From NCBI GenBank assembly GCA_964234715.1, contig OZ174278.1: a stretch of 64,000 nucleotides of DNA. The stretch is one strand, 5' to 3'. The notes below the pieces were generated by a model that ran no database searches, was not told the origin of the DNA, and was given only the letters and a program-made list of their open reading frames with translations. This document shows, piece by piece, positions 50,889 to 64,000 of this stretch (positions are counted from its first letter, which is position 1; each line of letters begins with the position of its first letter). This stretch comes from Podarcis melisellensis. Its lineage: Eukaryota. Made by a program: the position numbers and the translations under genes.

Positions 50889-53800
50889 TAAGCAATCCAA
50901 TTCTAAGCATTTGGTGATCAGCAGAACCCTCAAAAGCAAAACCTACAGTACTTAATTCCTACCATATTGAATGTTATTTTTCTAATTTATACAAATAAGT
51001 AAATGTGAGGTATCCAACAAATATCCTTTTATTTTAAATTGACTTCTGTATCTTGATTCCAATTATTTAATTACTAAGCATTTGCATTTACATAACCTAA
51101 AAGCAGATTTCTAGGTCACAAGCATCTACTGATGTTTATTATGACATCTGTGGTATGAGCAGCAAAAGAATTATGCTAATAACCATTCCTCTTTCGCAGC
51201 CTATTTCTTCAGAGTCCTATGGCAAAGGAAATGATCATACCTTGCAAATGAGATCTATTAGCTCATTGTTCATTACTGCCAGCTTATTAGAATGGAAAAG
51301 GGAACTCGCTATTCTTTCATGCTCTTGAGCTTTGCACTGAAATCAGTTTAAAAGGTTCCTGCCCATACAAAACAAAATCCAAATTGGTGAAGACTCTTAG
51401 TTTAGTGGTAGAGCACATAGTCTTCATGTGAAAATTCCCAAGTTTAATCCCCAGCATCTCCAAATGGGACTCTAGCTTTGACGGACCCCAGACAACATAT
51501 CCTCTGGCAGGCCAACCTACATAGCTGCAACGGAAATGTTTCAATCAGTGCTGGTGCCTGGGTCTAGCTACCCTTTCCCATGATGCTTCTGACCATTGCG
51601 GAACACTGACATGATGGCTGGATTCAGTCACATGAGGCACTTTTTGGAATTCTTGTTAATTACACGTTTCTTCAAGTATAACACTTTTAGGCCAAATCTA
51701 TCATCCCAATGTCAAGTCTACATTACACTAATGTTCTTTTCCTTGTCAACTTATAAGATCTCTTGTTCTTTTCAACAATAACCTTCACTATATCTACATT
51801 TAATAACACTGCCCAAACTACAGGATCACCCTGATTTCAATAGCCTTTTCCAGAAAAGTTGCTGTGGTGATGACAATAAACATTAGTTCAAACAAGAAAA
51901 GTAGCTCTCAGAAGCAGCCTCCAGGATACAGTTGACAGAAAAGGAGCAGATGAGTTGCTGATGTGGAAGACTCAATGGCAGCTTACACTCCCAGTGCTTC
52001 CAGTTTTCTATGCCTGAGAATAAGTGATTAATATTTCTATGTCCAGTGTGAAACGTTGCCTGGGGGAAACTAATGGAAAGGGGATGGGCTGGCCAGGCCA
52101 GCTGACAAGGCCTGCAAAACTGAGCAATAATTACTTTTAACTAGATAACACAAAGGTCAAGCAATGCTCACAAGGCAGCTGCACGATGGAAATTAACATT
52201 TGCAAAAATGCCAGGAAGCAACATATCACTGTGTTGAGATGAGGTAGTTTGGTTACAACTTAAAACACTGAAAATCACAACTTCTTTTGCACTGTTAAAT
52301 GTGGAGTGAGGGTAGATTCAGGCAACCAGGAATTACTAAACCCCCATGTTCACATAGAGAGGCATTGTAGCAGTTCCCACATGGTTAACAGTCATCTGAA
52401 TCCACTGTCTTAAACCAAAAAACTGAATGTGCTTTTCTCCCAATGAAGTTAGAACAATAACTCAGATTAGCATAATGTGTTTAAACAAGCCATCCTTAAG
52501 GATTAGTCTGCTGAGGACAAATTAATTCATGCATATTGAAAGGTTGTTTCCTGTTGGCAGAATAGGAAATACCACTTGCAGGCGGAAACAGAAAAGTAGT
52601 GTTGGTTTCCCCCAGGATTGAAAGACACAGGAAGAAACAGAAATCTGTTGTTTGAAGTGCTTTATGAATCACATCTCTCCCATACCAACAAGTCATCCCT
52701 ACCTCATTGAATATAACAGTTCATTGTTGAACACCACGAAGAGGTGAGCTACATGTTACATGCATGCAACAAAGAAAGCCCCGACAGTTTTTTTAAAAAA
52801 TAAAAAGCAATCTTAACATTTACATTGTTTTAAAACCTATTACGGTTGTTCTTATTGTACAATTTTAAATAGCCTCAAGACTTAAGTGAACAGCAATAAA
52901 TTAATAAAATAATTTTGATGGGGGGGGAGCTCAACTGGCTCTGGTCGGTGGAGGCAACCAGGGCGGGGTGGTTTGTAAGACCCAATAATCACAGAAATGT
53001 GTCTTCCACCTCAAGGCACAACCTTGCAGTTTCCTTATTTAAACCCATCTGGAACATTTGCTAAGGAGTGGAGAAAACACAACAGCTTTCCTACCACCTA
53101 CAAAACCCCAGAACCCAACGTAGGATTCTTCCACCAACTTTTGCTCTTAATTACTAATATGATTACAGTACAATTAACTGAATTAAAATTGTTTGCAAAA
53201 TCAAAAGTATTAAAATGTATTAATAACAACTGAAATTGAAGCAGGTGTGCATAGGTGATAAATGCCTGAAAACATAGGTCTGTTAGTTTAACATCCTAAA
53301 AATGGCACTCAGAATACTTCCAGATGAGGACTTAGTTTGCAAATGGATCATTCAGTTATCTCAAACAGATAGTTGTGTTTTTTACTAATCGGATTTTGCA
53401 TGGAAAGGGAAATGCAGACGAAATGGGAAAATATGAGCTGGTATTTGAATGCTAATGATGCCATGTGGATGCAGGAAAAAACCTGCATGCATGAAGAACA
53501 CAATAGGCATCCATCTAGAACCACACTTAGGCAATTTGCTATATTCTTTTACCGCTCAATCCTATGCATGTCTACTTGAAAATAAGCCTAACTGCGTTTA
53601 ATGGGGCTTATTCCCAATGGAAATGGAAACAACTTTCCATGTATGGTATCATACCATAATACAACCTTGTGCCCACCAGACTGCTCTTTACACATAGCTG
53701 TTTCATCTGCATCACAATGCTTTGATGAGGGGGCCGAACTAAAAGTAGCACTTATTTCTTAGAAGTTATGGTGTTCTTGTACATAATAAATGCATATGAG

Positions 53801-54297
53801 CTAATTAATTTTGCCTCACAAGTCTGTTGCAAAGTTCAACTGGGTAGGAGAAGGGCAAGGGTTAAAGTTTTTTTTAAAACAACAACTTGGCTTATTTAGA
53901 CCATTTTTCTTTAATCCTGCTCTTTGTAAACACCCCATGGTGCTGGGACCTCCTTCTCCTTATATGCTTTATGTGCAACTCTGTTTTTACTTCCAATAAA
54001 TAATTCAAGTCCTGGCATTCGTAAAATATCCTGCTGGTGGGAAACAAAACACCAGCTCCCACAATTAAATTGAGAAAAGGCTTTAAAAAGCAAAGACAAG
54101 TTTACTGTAAAGCTGAACTTCAGTGGTATGGAAAATCACTGAAAGCAGTCGAGCTTTATAAAGAGCCCAAATCCTTATGCAGAACCTGGGGTGTGTTTTT
54201 TTGCAGTGTAAATGTCCATTTCTCTTTACAACTTTTCCTGAGAAGTCCCAGAGTCTTCTAGTTAAAGTATACTGTAATCTGAACGAATATAAATGTA

Positions 54298-54758
54298 CCG
54301 TATTTTTCGCACCATAGGGCGCACCGGACCATAGGGCGCACCCAGTTTTTTGGGGGGGAAATAAAGGGGGGGAAATTATTTCCCCCCCAGGTGCGGGGCT
54401 GGGGCGGGGGAAGCTAGAGCTTCCCCCGACCCCAGCCCTCAAACAGGCAGCTCTCCGCAAGCAGCGGGAGCGCTCCCGCTGCTTGCGGAGAGGTCCGCGA
54501 AGCCTGGACGCGCTGAGCTCAGCGCGCCCAGGCTTCGGCATGCAGGCACCTCTCCGCAAGCAGCAGGAGCCCAGCGCTGGGCTCCCACTGCTTGCAGAGA
54601 GGTGTGCGAAGCCTGGAGAGCATGAGGGGTTGGTGCGCACCGACCCCTCTCACTCTCCAGGCTTCAGCGAAAGCCTGCATTCGCACCATAGGACGCACAC
54701 ACATTTCCCCTTCATTTTTGGAGGGGAAAAAGTGCGTCGTATGGTGTGAAAAATACGG
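54298..54758. mobile_element. Tc1/mariner (pogo/Tigger-like) MITE with internal palindrome array
   Basis: TA|CCGTATTTTTCGCACCATA...TATGGTGTGAAAAATACGG|TA; same TIR family as 20674-20842; CpG-rich interior. Confidence 0.9.
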
Positions 54759-55889
54759 TAACTGGGAATTTCTTTTACAAAAAAGCACCCTCCCTAATAT
54801 TTACCAGTACTGTACTGTGTTATTTTCTCATATGGCAAATCCAAATGATTACAGGATGTTATTTTACCATTTTCAGTGCCCTGAAGTGGGCATGAAAAAC
54901 TCTGCCTTGCAGGGACAGCAAGGATTGCTAGGGTACGTTGCTGGGACGGTGGGATGCTTTACTGTAGCACTGGAGAAGCCTGAGAAACAGGAGAACTTCT
55001 CCACAGCTTCAAGGAAATAGGTCAATTGACTTTCCCAGAAACTGGAGTGAAGTGTGGTGCTCCAAAAAATCAGTCTGTCTGGCTTGAGGGCCTACAACCC
55101 ATTGGTTATAGAGGAGCATCAAGGGAAGACTTAGGATTCGGAGAAGCACATGGGGAAAGGACCAAAAAAAAATGGCTGGAAGGGAATTGTCACTGATGCA
55201 CATTGGCCATACAAATGATCTCTGATTCATGTAAGGGAGTTAGTGCTTCATCCAGTTTGGGTGTGTACAGGTGTACTATGTTATAATTAGCAGGCAGGGT
55301 GAGTATACATGTACCATTCACAACAGAGATGTACTTTTCCCAGCTGTGGTGAATCTTTAAATAATAACACTTTTTCAGATTTTCACCTAAAAATTAGGTT
55401 GGATAGCGCACAGAGGACGGCAACCAAGATGACCAAGGGTCTGGAAACCTAAAATAAATATCTTCTTATTGAAAGATTCCCCTTTTTGCCTTCATGTCTC
55501 ATGATTATAAAATAGAAAATCCCCAAAGCCTAAGGTCTGAGGGCAAAACCTAAGGTCAGATTCCTCAGATGCTTGTCTAACCATGTACCAGTTCATGATT
55601 TTATGACAGTGTAAACCAATGCTTAACTTTAAGATTAGGCTGCTTTTTAAGATTAGACTGTAATGCTTTACACATCAGGATAAATGACTCCATTCTCCTG
55701 CACAATTCCCCCCCCCCCCCAGATTCTCTTACAAAATGATGTCACATCATCAAATACTTAAAAAATATATTTAATGCACATTAGATTTGATGACACATTT
55801 ACATTCACCAGCAAATACCTTTGTGGTTTCAAGGATTTCAAAACTGAGGTGCACATTAGATTTGATGGCGCATTAGACTCAAGTAAATA

Positions 55890-56120
55890 CAGTGGCACCT
55901 CGGATTAAGAACTTAATTCGTTCTGGAGGTCTGTTCTTAACCTGAAACTGTTCTTAACCTGAAGCACCACTTTAGCTAAGGGGGCCTCCTGCTGCCGCCA
56001 CACAATTTCTGTTCTCATCCTGAAGCAAAGTTCTTAACCTGAGGTACTATTTCTGGGTTAGCAGAGTCTGTAACCTGAAGCGTCTGTAACCTGAAGTGTC
56101 TGTAACCCGAGGTACCACTG
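55890..56120. mobile_element. Tigger-like MITE
   Basis: TA|CAGTGGCACCTCGG...CCGAGGTACCACTG|TA with internal taacctgaa repeats. Confidence 0.88.
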
Positions 56121-58681
56121 TACAGTATTATTGCTGATAGGAGCAGATCAGGACAGAAATCCAAATACAGTGCAAGCTGCTAAATTTATCATCACAGCTC
56201 TATGTTTCTATGACATTGTGCCAAATTGTCAGATTCAGTCATAGTAATTTGGAGCAGGCCTGAGTGAAGAATGCAGCCTCCAGGTCCACTCCCCAAGCCC
56301 TGCCACAGGCCGCCACAGATAGGCTAGATTTGAAATACTGGCCACCCATGATGCTCTGTGGCAGCCGGGGAAGCTTCCAATGGCCAAAACAACATGGCAA
56401 GGCTTTGGAGGCGCCGCAGCGAATCGCAACAGCTGGCCACCCTGAAATCAAGTAAGTGGCCATTCTAGCACTGAAATTTGTTTGAATGTTGCATGTTTCC
56501 CCTCTCCAGCTCTAATCAAACATCTACTCCATTTCCCCCAGCCCCATTTTAAATAGGGGTAGATAGTGGCCCCTACTCTCATCCATTGCACGATCAATGG
56601 ACAGCATATTGTCATCTCTGAATCGGAAGTTCAAACTATCTCACAAGCACTGAAATTCAGTCGCAGTGGAAATCTCCATCCCATCTGTTTTATTATACAG
56701 TAAACAGTAACTGAGTGAGTGGAGGCTTATAGTTAAAAGCTGCATCTTCAGATTTAATCATTTAAGGATGGAACTATTCAAGGATTAGAGATGGTGTCAG
56801 ATTCATTTGGTATTTGTTCTTTACTGCTTGTTCTGGTAATTAAAAAGACTGAAGGACACAAAACAGAACATTTCAATGCAGCCTACAAAGCTTTTTTTCA
56901 AAAAACCACACACGCACACACACAACCAACCCTGAGGTTTATAAGTTTAAGAAAAGGATTTTCAAACCAAATCCATGTCTTGAAATAGATCAACACTTTC
57001 CCCAAATAAAAAAGGGAAATCCTTCAGTGCAAGTTGCCAGGCTGTGAACTGTGTACACACAGCTGTAACTACTCTGTTCCCAAGAGAGGTGGGATTCAAA
57101 GGAATGCTCTTTTACTGCTTCAAGATAACATTTCTTGCATTACAAACCAAATTTGGTAAGGTACTTAAACATGAGCCTTACTTTAATTTCAGGAGTAGTT
57201 CCAGTGAAATGGAAGCAATTTAAGTGACTCCCATACTTTCTGTAAGGGCAGTTCCCATGACTCAATAGATGAGTTGTGAACGTGTGTTAGAATGTAAGAA
57301 ATGACTTGCTGGATTAGAACAAAGGACAATGAAGTTCAGCACCTTGCCTCCAACAGTGATCAGCCAGATGCCCTTACAAAATTCACAAGCAGAACATTCC
57401 CTGTTGTTTGTTCTTTGCATTTGGCGACCATAACACATGATTATTCTGTGCAGTACGGTACTTCTACTTCTTTCCTCAAGGCTTAACGTTTCCCAAGCCC
57501 TCCAATTACAATATTTTGTTTCTAGGAAAATTCTATTCACCCCCCCAATAGAGTATCTATTGCATCTATGACTGCTGTGTAGAATGAGGTAGTATGAGCA
57601 TTTGCTGGATTTGACATCATTTGAGATTAGTGACAATTTGCTCACCCATGGTCACCTTTCAAATAAATTGTTTATTTACTGCTCTTTTACATGATAAGGC
57701 TTAAACAATCCACACTTACCTATGAATATGTCATTCCACCACTGCAGCACACAACAGTAGGATTGCTTATGTAGCAATTCAACAAAAAATGAAGAGATAA
57801 ACACCAGCAAGGTTACTTCTACCACAAAAATATTTGGCACTTTGGAAGCTTTTTCTTTCTTAAAATTATATGAAGACTAGAAGCCCATCTCCCTCATTGC
57901 TAGGGTGTGTATACTCTCATATCTTTTTTAAGGTGGTAGACAAGAGTACAGCTAATCTTCCCCCGCCCGTTGTTGCACATATCCAAGTTTTGTGATACAG
58001 CTCTCTCTTTAAAAATACACAAAATGCCTAGAAAGCACCATTTCAAGAAAACACACTCAGAAATAGATTTAAAAGGTTAAAAGCAAAATGCATTCAGATT
58101 TACATATTCTTGTATGTAGATAGGAGAGAATCCTTCATGCTTTTTGAAAGAACAAACTACTGTTCATTGCAGAAACACAATGGAATAAAAAATCAATGAA
58201 TCAAAAAATGGAAAGAATATTTCCATTCAAATACATTTGCCTTCAAATATAAATTGCAACAAATTTTAAAATATGTAATTATTAAAATATGCAGTCAACA
58301 ACAGACACACATGCATCCCATAAAATCATTTATCTAAAATCTAAATAATAGTCATTCAAGTCAATGAAGTCACATGCATTCGCAATGCTTTCTCTAGCAT
58401 TAAACTTTGGTAAAGCCAAAGGTTTCTACTTTATCGCTGACTTCATTGTTGTTGTTATATTATTCCAATAAATATTATTTCATTCTGCATGCACAACAGA
58501 ACCTGCAATTCTTTGTTTAGGGTAGAGTTCGCTAATCCTGCACCCACGGGTGGCAGATTGGTGCCAGCCCTGCTAGAAAGATAGATATTGGGCAAATTAG
58601 AGTGGTGTGGCTACCTTGCATATTTTTCCTAGTGCTGAAGAATGTCCCCTATTGTTGTTAGACAGCAACAGCAACAGCATC

Positions 58682-58684
<3 letters not shown>

Positions 58685-58717
<33 letters not shown>
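58685..58717. repeat. (TG)16 microsatellite
   Basis: Perfect dinucleotide array. Confidence 0.95.
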
Positions 58718-58718
<1 letters not shown>

Positions 58719-61700
58719 TGATCTCCATAATCGGGACCAACAGGATACAGCCGACTTCCTGTGGTAAGCATAAGGCTGTTGGGAGTGGTTGTCTCTCTAA
58801 TTTTGTGTTATGCCACAGTCCCCATGGCAGCCATTTTGTTACTGATGCCGCCATCACTATCAAAATTTGAAATGTGTCCACTAGGTTGGCAATCCCTGTT
58901 TTAAGTCGTTAAAAATCTCTTCTAAGTTACTAGGCTATGCTAACAACCTTCCCCTCACAACAAGTGTCCATTCCTTCTCTCTCTCTTTAAAGTGGGAGAC
59001 AGGAGAATTACTTCCCCCCACCCACCCCTGAAGCAAGAATTACGTTTCTCAAATTATAGTATCAGCAACAGAAATTTAACATCTGAAGTAAGTTAATTTG
59101 CTCAATAATTCACCAGATATTTTCCAAACAAGGATTTTGGCATTACATAAATAATGTGAAACATGCATGCTCCTTGTGCCATTAAAAACTAGAAATCCAG
59201 GTTAAGCTTAAAATACTGTTGACAAAGAGGAAAGGAATTTCAATGGGCAGTTGCAGAAATGAATGAGGAGTCTTGTGCATGATTGCTGTGACAGATGAAA
59301 TACCTGTTAAGACAAGCATGGTCTGTTTCCTTTTGTTGACCAAAGCTGAATACTGTACATAACTGCCCATGAAGTAAATCAGGTTTCCAACTGCTATAAA
59401 ACAGAGGTTTTTCTGGTCCTTTTAAGTTAGATGAACTAAGAAAACACAGAGCTCAAATAAAGCCAAACAAAAGTAATGCCTGGGTCACAAATGTATCCTA
59501 CCTAGCTGGTTTTGATAATAGAACTAGACTTTTTAATGTTGCAAATGTCTTCTGTCACAATGAGATAGATGAGACTTCTCAGATTACATGTGGCAAAACA
59601 AAAGCAGAAAACCCATGCCAAGTAATAATGTTATTTTACTAGTCAAGCCTAACGTGAAAATACTTGTTTGCAGAACTTACAAGATGACAACATTAATTTA
59701 TCTATAAGACAGGATACATGTAAATGTTCCTATTTGAGATCTGGTGTTGAAATGTACATTTAGCTATTCCAAAGCAGTAATGACTCACTGTTCTTTATAG
59801 TTTTTCTACAGCAAATGTATGCCATACCAAAACAGTAGTACTGCTCTTTTGACACACAGGGGATTTCAGTTTTGGTATTACCAGCTATGCTGAATTATGG
59901 ATTTGGGCAGCAGGATGCTTCAGTTGTGCGCACACAAGCAATCTTCCTCTCACTCTTTTGCCCCAGTGTGCTCCTGTACAATCCAGATGCTCCAAGAGAA
60001 ACACAGAAATTACTTGCATGTAAGTAGACTGGCTGCCATTTCATGTTGTCAGCTGGGGCATTTGTTCACAAGTATAACTGTTGACGAAGCGGGCTAAAGC
60101 TAGGCCCTTGACACAGAAGACGCGAACCTTGCCATGCAAGGAAGTCAACAAGGCTATGTTCCAGTTGTTAATTTGGATCCCATTTTTTTTCTTTCTCAGG
60201 GAACAGATTAGAAGCTCGAGAGGTAGCATTCTCATTTTGAAATGGCATGTTTCAAGTTGAAGCGAACCTTCTTGAACACATCTGCTGCCAACAAAGGTTC
60301 TAATTAAACTGTTTTTATAAGAACCTAACCTGTTTCACTCAAAAAAGTGTGTTATTGATAATGTTCTTAGCACTGTTTTTGTCCAAATATTACTTGAGCA
60401 TGGGGCTCAAATATCTGATGAGGGCCAAGTTACATGGGAATGCCTTTCCACCTCTTTATAGGCAACTCCCAATTTACGTGGGGGTTATGTTCCAAGGCAC
60501 CACGTGTTTAAGTGAAATTGCGTATATTTGAAACACCATTGGGAAAGGTGGCAAAATCAGAAGAGCGCTTGAGATCTCATCCTCATGTACACCTCCGTCT
60601 TTAAACTTTCCCAGGTATCTGTATGTGACAGACTAGCTGCCATTTCCCAACAGGAGAAGTAAAATGGAGAATGAGACGTATTAGAGCACATTATGCACCA
60701 TTGGTGCTCTATGAGCTGGGTGCCCCCTTCCTGCATTTCTAAGCCAGAAAAGGGCTTGGGCTGAATAAGAAATCATGAGAGAGAAAATTACACAACAACG
60801 AGCTTTCTTTCAGGTTTACTTCTCCGTTATACATATATTCACAAATCTGTCCTTCTGCCCCCACTCCATCTTGTCCTTCCAAGCTAAGAAAATCCAGAGG
60901 AAAGAGATACAGAAGGCCATGCAAGGAAAAGAGTTCTCTCTCTCATTTTTGTCTTTGGGCAGATGTGTTGGAGAAAGGGGGACAAAGGAAAGTTCTTGCT
61001 CCCTCACCCTCCGCACTATACACAACCAGTGACTTTATATAGAATATTTTATGAAGCTTTATAGCAACATCTCAGAATTGACCAATGAATATGTCAGTGT
61101 TCTCCCTGGTGTAACTAACTTCAAAAGGACTTCAAACCTAAATGAATCCAGTGGAGGGCATGCTTTAACTAACAAAACATTTATATACAAAAGCATGACT
61201 TCAAGAACAGGCATACAACCTTACACATCATAAAATTGCAAGAAATACAAACACATACAGAAGAAACCAGATGTGATTTTCACATAAGAATTCACCTGGT
61301 GTCAATTTAACCTAAACACTGGAATATTTCCACCATCAGCCATCCACAAGTGAAATGATTATATGCGCAGGGGGTAGGGAGCTGAGGCTCTACCAATGTT
61401 CACTGCTGAAGATACTGTAAATTTGAAAGCAGATTACCTCAAGAGGATAAGTACCTGCCACATGTGCGTTAATTCAGTCTACTGCAGAACACGTTGAAAA
61501 TTTCAGCGGAAAAAACATTAATATGAATTTCCTAGAATCCAGGCTAGGTTTGCAAACAACAGACTTCAGTAGTAAATACCATTTCCCTTTCTAGAAACAT
61601 GCAGTGTAGGATGACAATTTTAAATAGGCTTGTTACTTGAGTAGCCAAGGAAAGAACTGATTATGTAACAAATAATACACAGGTGACTGCATCTCAGCAG

Positions 61701-63176
61701 CATGGTGCTTATCCTGACTTAAACATTAAGCTATTTAAAATTTCCTGCACATGTTACGTCATGCTACCTTACCAAAGCAATAAGCCCTATCCCCTCCCCC
61801 ACCATACAACCACTGGATGTGTTTTAAAACAACATATGACCTTTCTTGAAATATGACATTTGCACAGATTTAATATATATAAAAATTACAGCATCAATTG
61901 TGCCATGTTAGACAATATTTCCTGCCACAAGGTTCTATCCTTCTAATGCTGGCAGTTAGTCAGGTTTTCAGAACAAGAATGGCCTCCCATTGAACAGGCA
62001 GGGATGCTGCAGTGCACTGGAAGTTTTTGGTCCCCATTCCGGCCACCAGGGTGACATAAGTGATTGGTACAGGTGTGTGGCCAGGCAGGCTAGTAAAGGT
62101 ATTTGTGAACCTATTTGCAAGGCTACAAAACCCAAATGGCTGAACGGGGAATGTTGCTTGTGCAGCAACGTTCTGTAAAACTTCCCACACACTGGTCAGA
62201 GTTCTAATGCAACTGAAAAAGCTGTACCCCAAACTTAGGGGACCACTGGTAGGAAACTCTGATTCGATTCAGCAGGTGAAGTTTCTTTGAAAAAGCAGAA
62301 CTGTGGCAGGCCTGGTTCAAATGCAAAAGCCTCTGGATGCACAGATAATGTACTTTAGATCCCAACAACAACATTCAGACTTGAGATTTCTTTCCCTTAA
62401 TCCAAATTTGTTGCGTTTGTTCATTTTTAATAGGTCTCAGAAAAAGATAAAAATGTGTTTTTATTTATGTCGAGGCTTATATATCGAACAAGTATCTAGA
62501 CAGGAAACAAAATACAGCATAAAAATATTTAGTTACATTTCACATTTTACAAACTTGACAGTATCTTTACAAATGAACAAAGAATTAACGTTTGACCAGA
62601 TTTAAGCCCACTTTTGCAGATTGGATTTTGTGGTTAAGGATAAAATTACAGGCAAATGAGGACTGAAAGGAAGTTACAATAAGGCATGGCAATTCTTACT
62701 GTGATATAAAGTAATTCATCTCATTTAGTCTGCTTGGGATGAATGTGCTATCAAAAGATTAAGCATCTGTAACAGGAAACTTGAGTCAGGTGATCAAGTT
62801 CCTCACCTACATTGGCCAGCCAGAGGGATGGCAGCTTATACCATTCTTCATCCTAATTTAGTGTAAGAAGATGAGGAGAGAGGAAAAATTCCACTGGCTG
62901 TTTTATATGTTTTACAAAGAATTTGTGCCTAACACTTCCCTTTAAACTGATGGTGAAGAAAATCACACTTTATTTCTTTAAAAGTGTGTGTACAGGAAGT
63001 AACTCAGAGGGAATTACAAAAGGAAAACATGGGAAGATTAAATTTATCCGATGAAACAAAAACAAAGGAGCAAAGACACAATATTACCATTTTTGAAGTG
63101 TTACTCATACCATCCAATTTAGTTAAGGGGTTTCTTTCTTACATTCAGGGCTTGCCTGTACTGTACCTCCAAAATA

Positions 63177-63532
63177 CAGTGGTGCCCCGCAAGACGAACG
63201 CCTCGCAAGACGAAAAACCCGCTAGACGAAAGGGTTTTCCGTTTTGGAGGCGCTTCGTAAAACAAATTCCCCTATGGGGTTGCTTCGCAAGACGAAAAAA
63301 ATCTTGCATCCCCCCGCGGGTTTTTTTCGCTTTTTTCTTCCTTTTTTAAAGCCGCTAAGCCGCTTATCAGCTGTTCCGCTGATAAGCCGCTTAACAGCTG
63401 ATCGCTGGAAGCCGCTTGACAGCTGTAGCGCTAATCCGCTAAGCTGTCAATGGGCTTGCTTCGCAAGACGAAAAAACCGCTATACAAAGAGCCTCACGGA
63501 ACGGATTAATTTCGTCTTGCGAGGCACCACTG
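63177..63532. mobile_element. Young Tigger-like MITE
   Basis: TA|CAGTGGTGCCCCGCAAGACGAA...TTCGTCTTGCGAGGCACCACTG|TA; repeated cgcaagacgaa and aagccgct motifs; CpGs largely intact. Confidence 0.9.
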
Positions 63533-64000
63533 TAAGTAGTCATAGAAACCCTGCCTGGCTTGATTATCCACTTTAAGGCCACTATATTGAGTGTGGTGGA
63601 TTAAAGCCCAAATACAAAGGAAAACATGATCACCAGGTCTCACCAATATGCAGTGTCTACACACTGAAATGTAGTTGCTGCTGCCCTTCTACTGGTCCCC
63701 TTACCCGCCATTCTCCCCTGGTTGCTGCTATACAAAAACATAGTGCTGCTCGCTACAGCAGGCAGGAAGAGGGGGGAGAGGGCTGACGGAAGAAGACTCT
63801 GCAGCCTCACTCTGATTTAAAGATGCATTCTCCACTGCTGGGTGAGGTCCTAGAAAGCCACCATAGAGCTAATTAATGATGGGATAATCAATAGCACAGT
63901 GGTTTAATGATAATACACATATAGCCCAATAATAACCAAGGACCTTGATGCATCTTATATAGTTTCCCCCTCCTGTCCTGACAACAATACTATGAAGTAC

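Noticed and set aside
54083-55020. Overlapping 89-185 aa ORFs on both strands
   Set aside because: They arise from the GC-rich palindromic MITE, which lacks stop codons; no transposase motifs are present.
50132-64000. HUNK exon 1, promoter or CpG island
   Set aside because: No GxGxxG-loop coding sequence or non-repeat CpG island was seen; the CpG-rich patches are MITEs.
1-64000. CRISPR array, operon or prokaryotic/viral defence system
   Set aside because: The sequence is a spliced vertebrate locus with no regularly spaced repeat-spacer array and no long intronless ORFs.

Overview
This is AT-rich, repeat-rich vertebrate genomic DNA, almost certainly from a squamate. A lacertid lizard is likely, inferred from Sauria-SINE, Squam3-like SINE and BovB content. 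The one protein-coding gene is HUNK, an AMPK/SNF1-related Ser/Thr kinase, on the minus strand. I mapped nine coding exons, equivalent to human exons 2-8, 10 and 11 (numbering from memory), all with canonical GT-AG ends and compatible phases. They total 1839 nt (612 aa plus TGA at 17679-17681) with no frameshift. Exon 1 lies beyond the right edge, so intron 1 exceeds 13.8 kb. A long, TE-poor 3' UTR probably runs to an AATAAA at 13832-13837. The rest is intronic or intergenic sequence with L2, CR1, L1-like and BovB fragments, tRNA-derived SINEs, a probable solo LTR, many MITEs and microsatellites. Most short ORFs in the track are noise or TE-derived. I see no evidence of a wholly new multi-gene system. 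The best leads are the unresolved exon 9 slot of HUNK (candidate microexon and candidate poison exon), a CA repeat beside the predicted poly(A) signal, an inverted BovB pair just downstream, a folded-back tRNA-Asn-like SINE, and several palindrome arrays.
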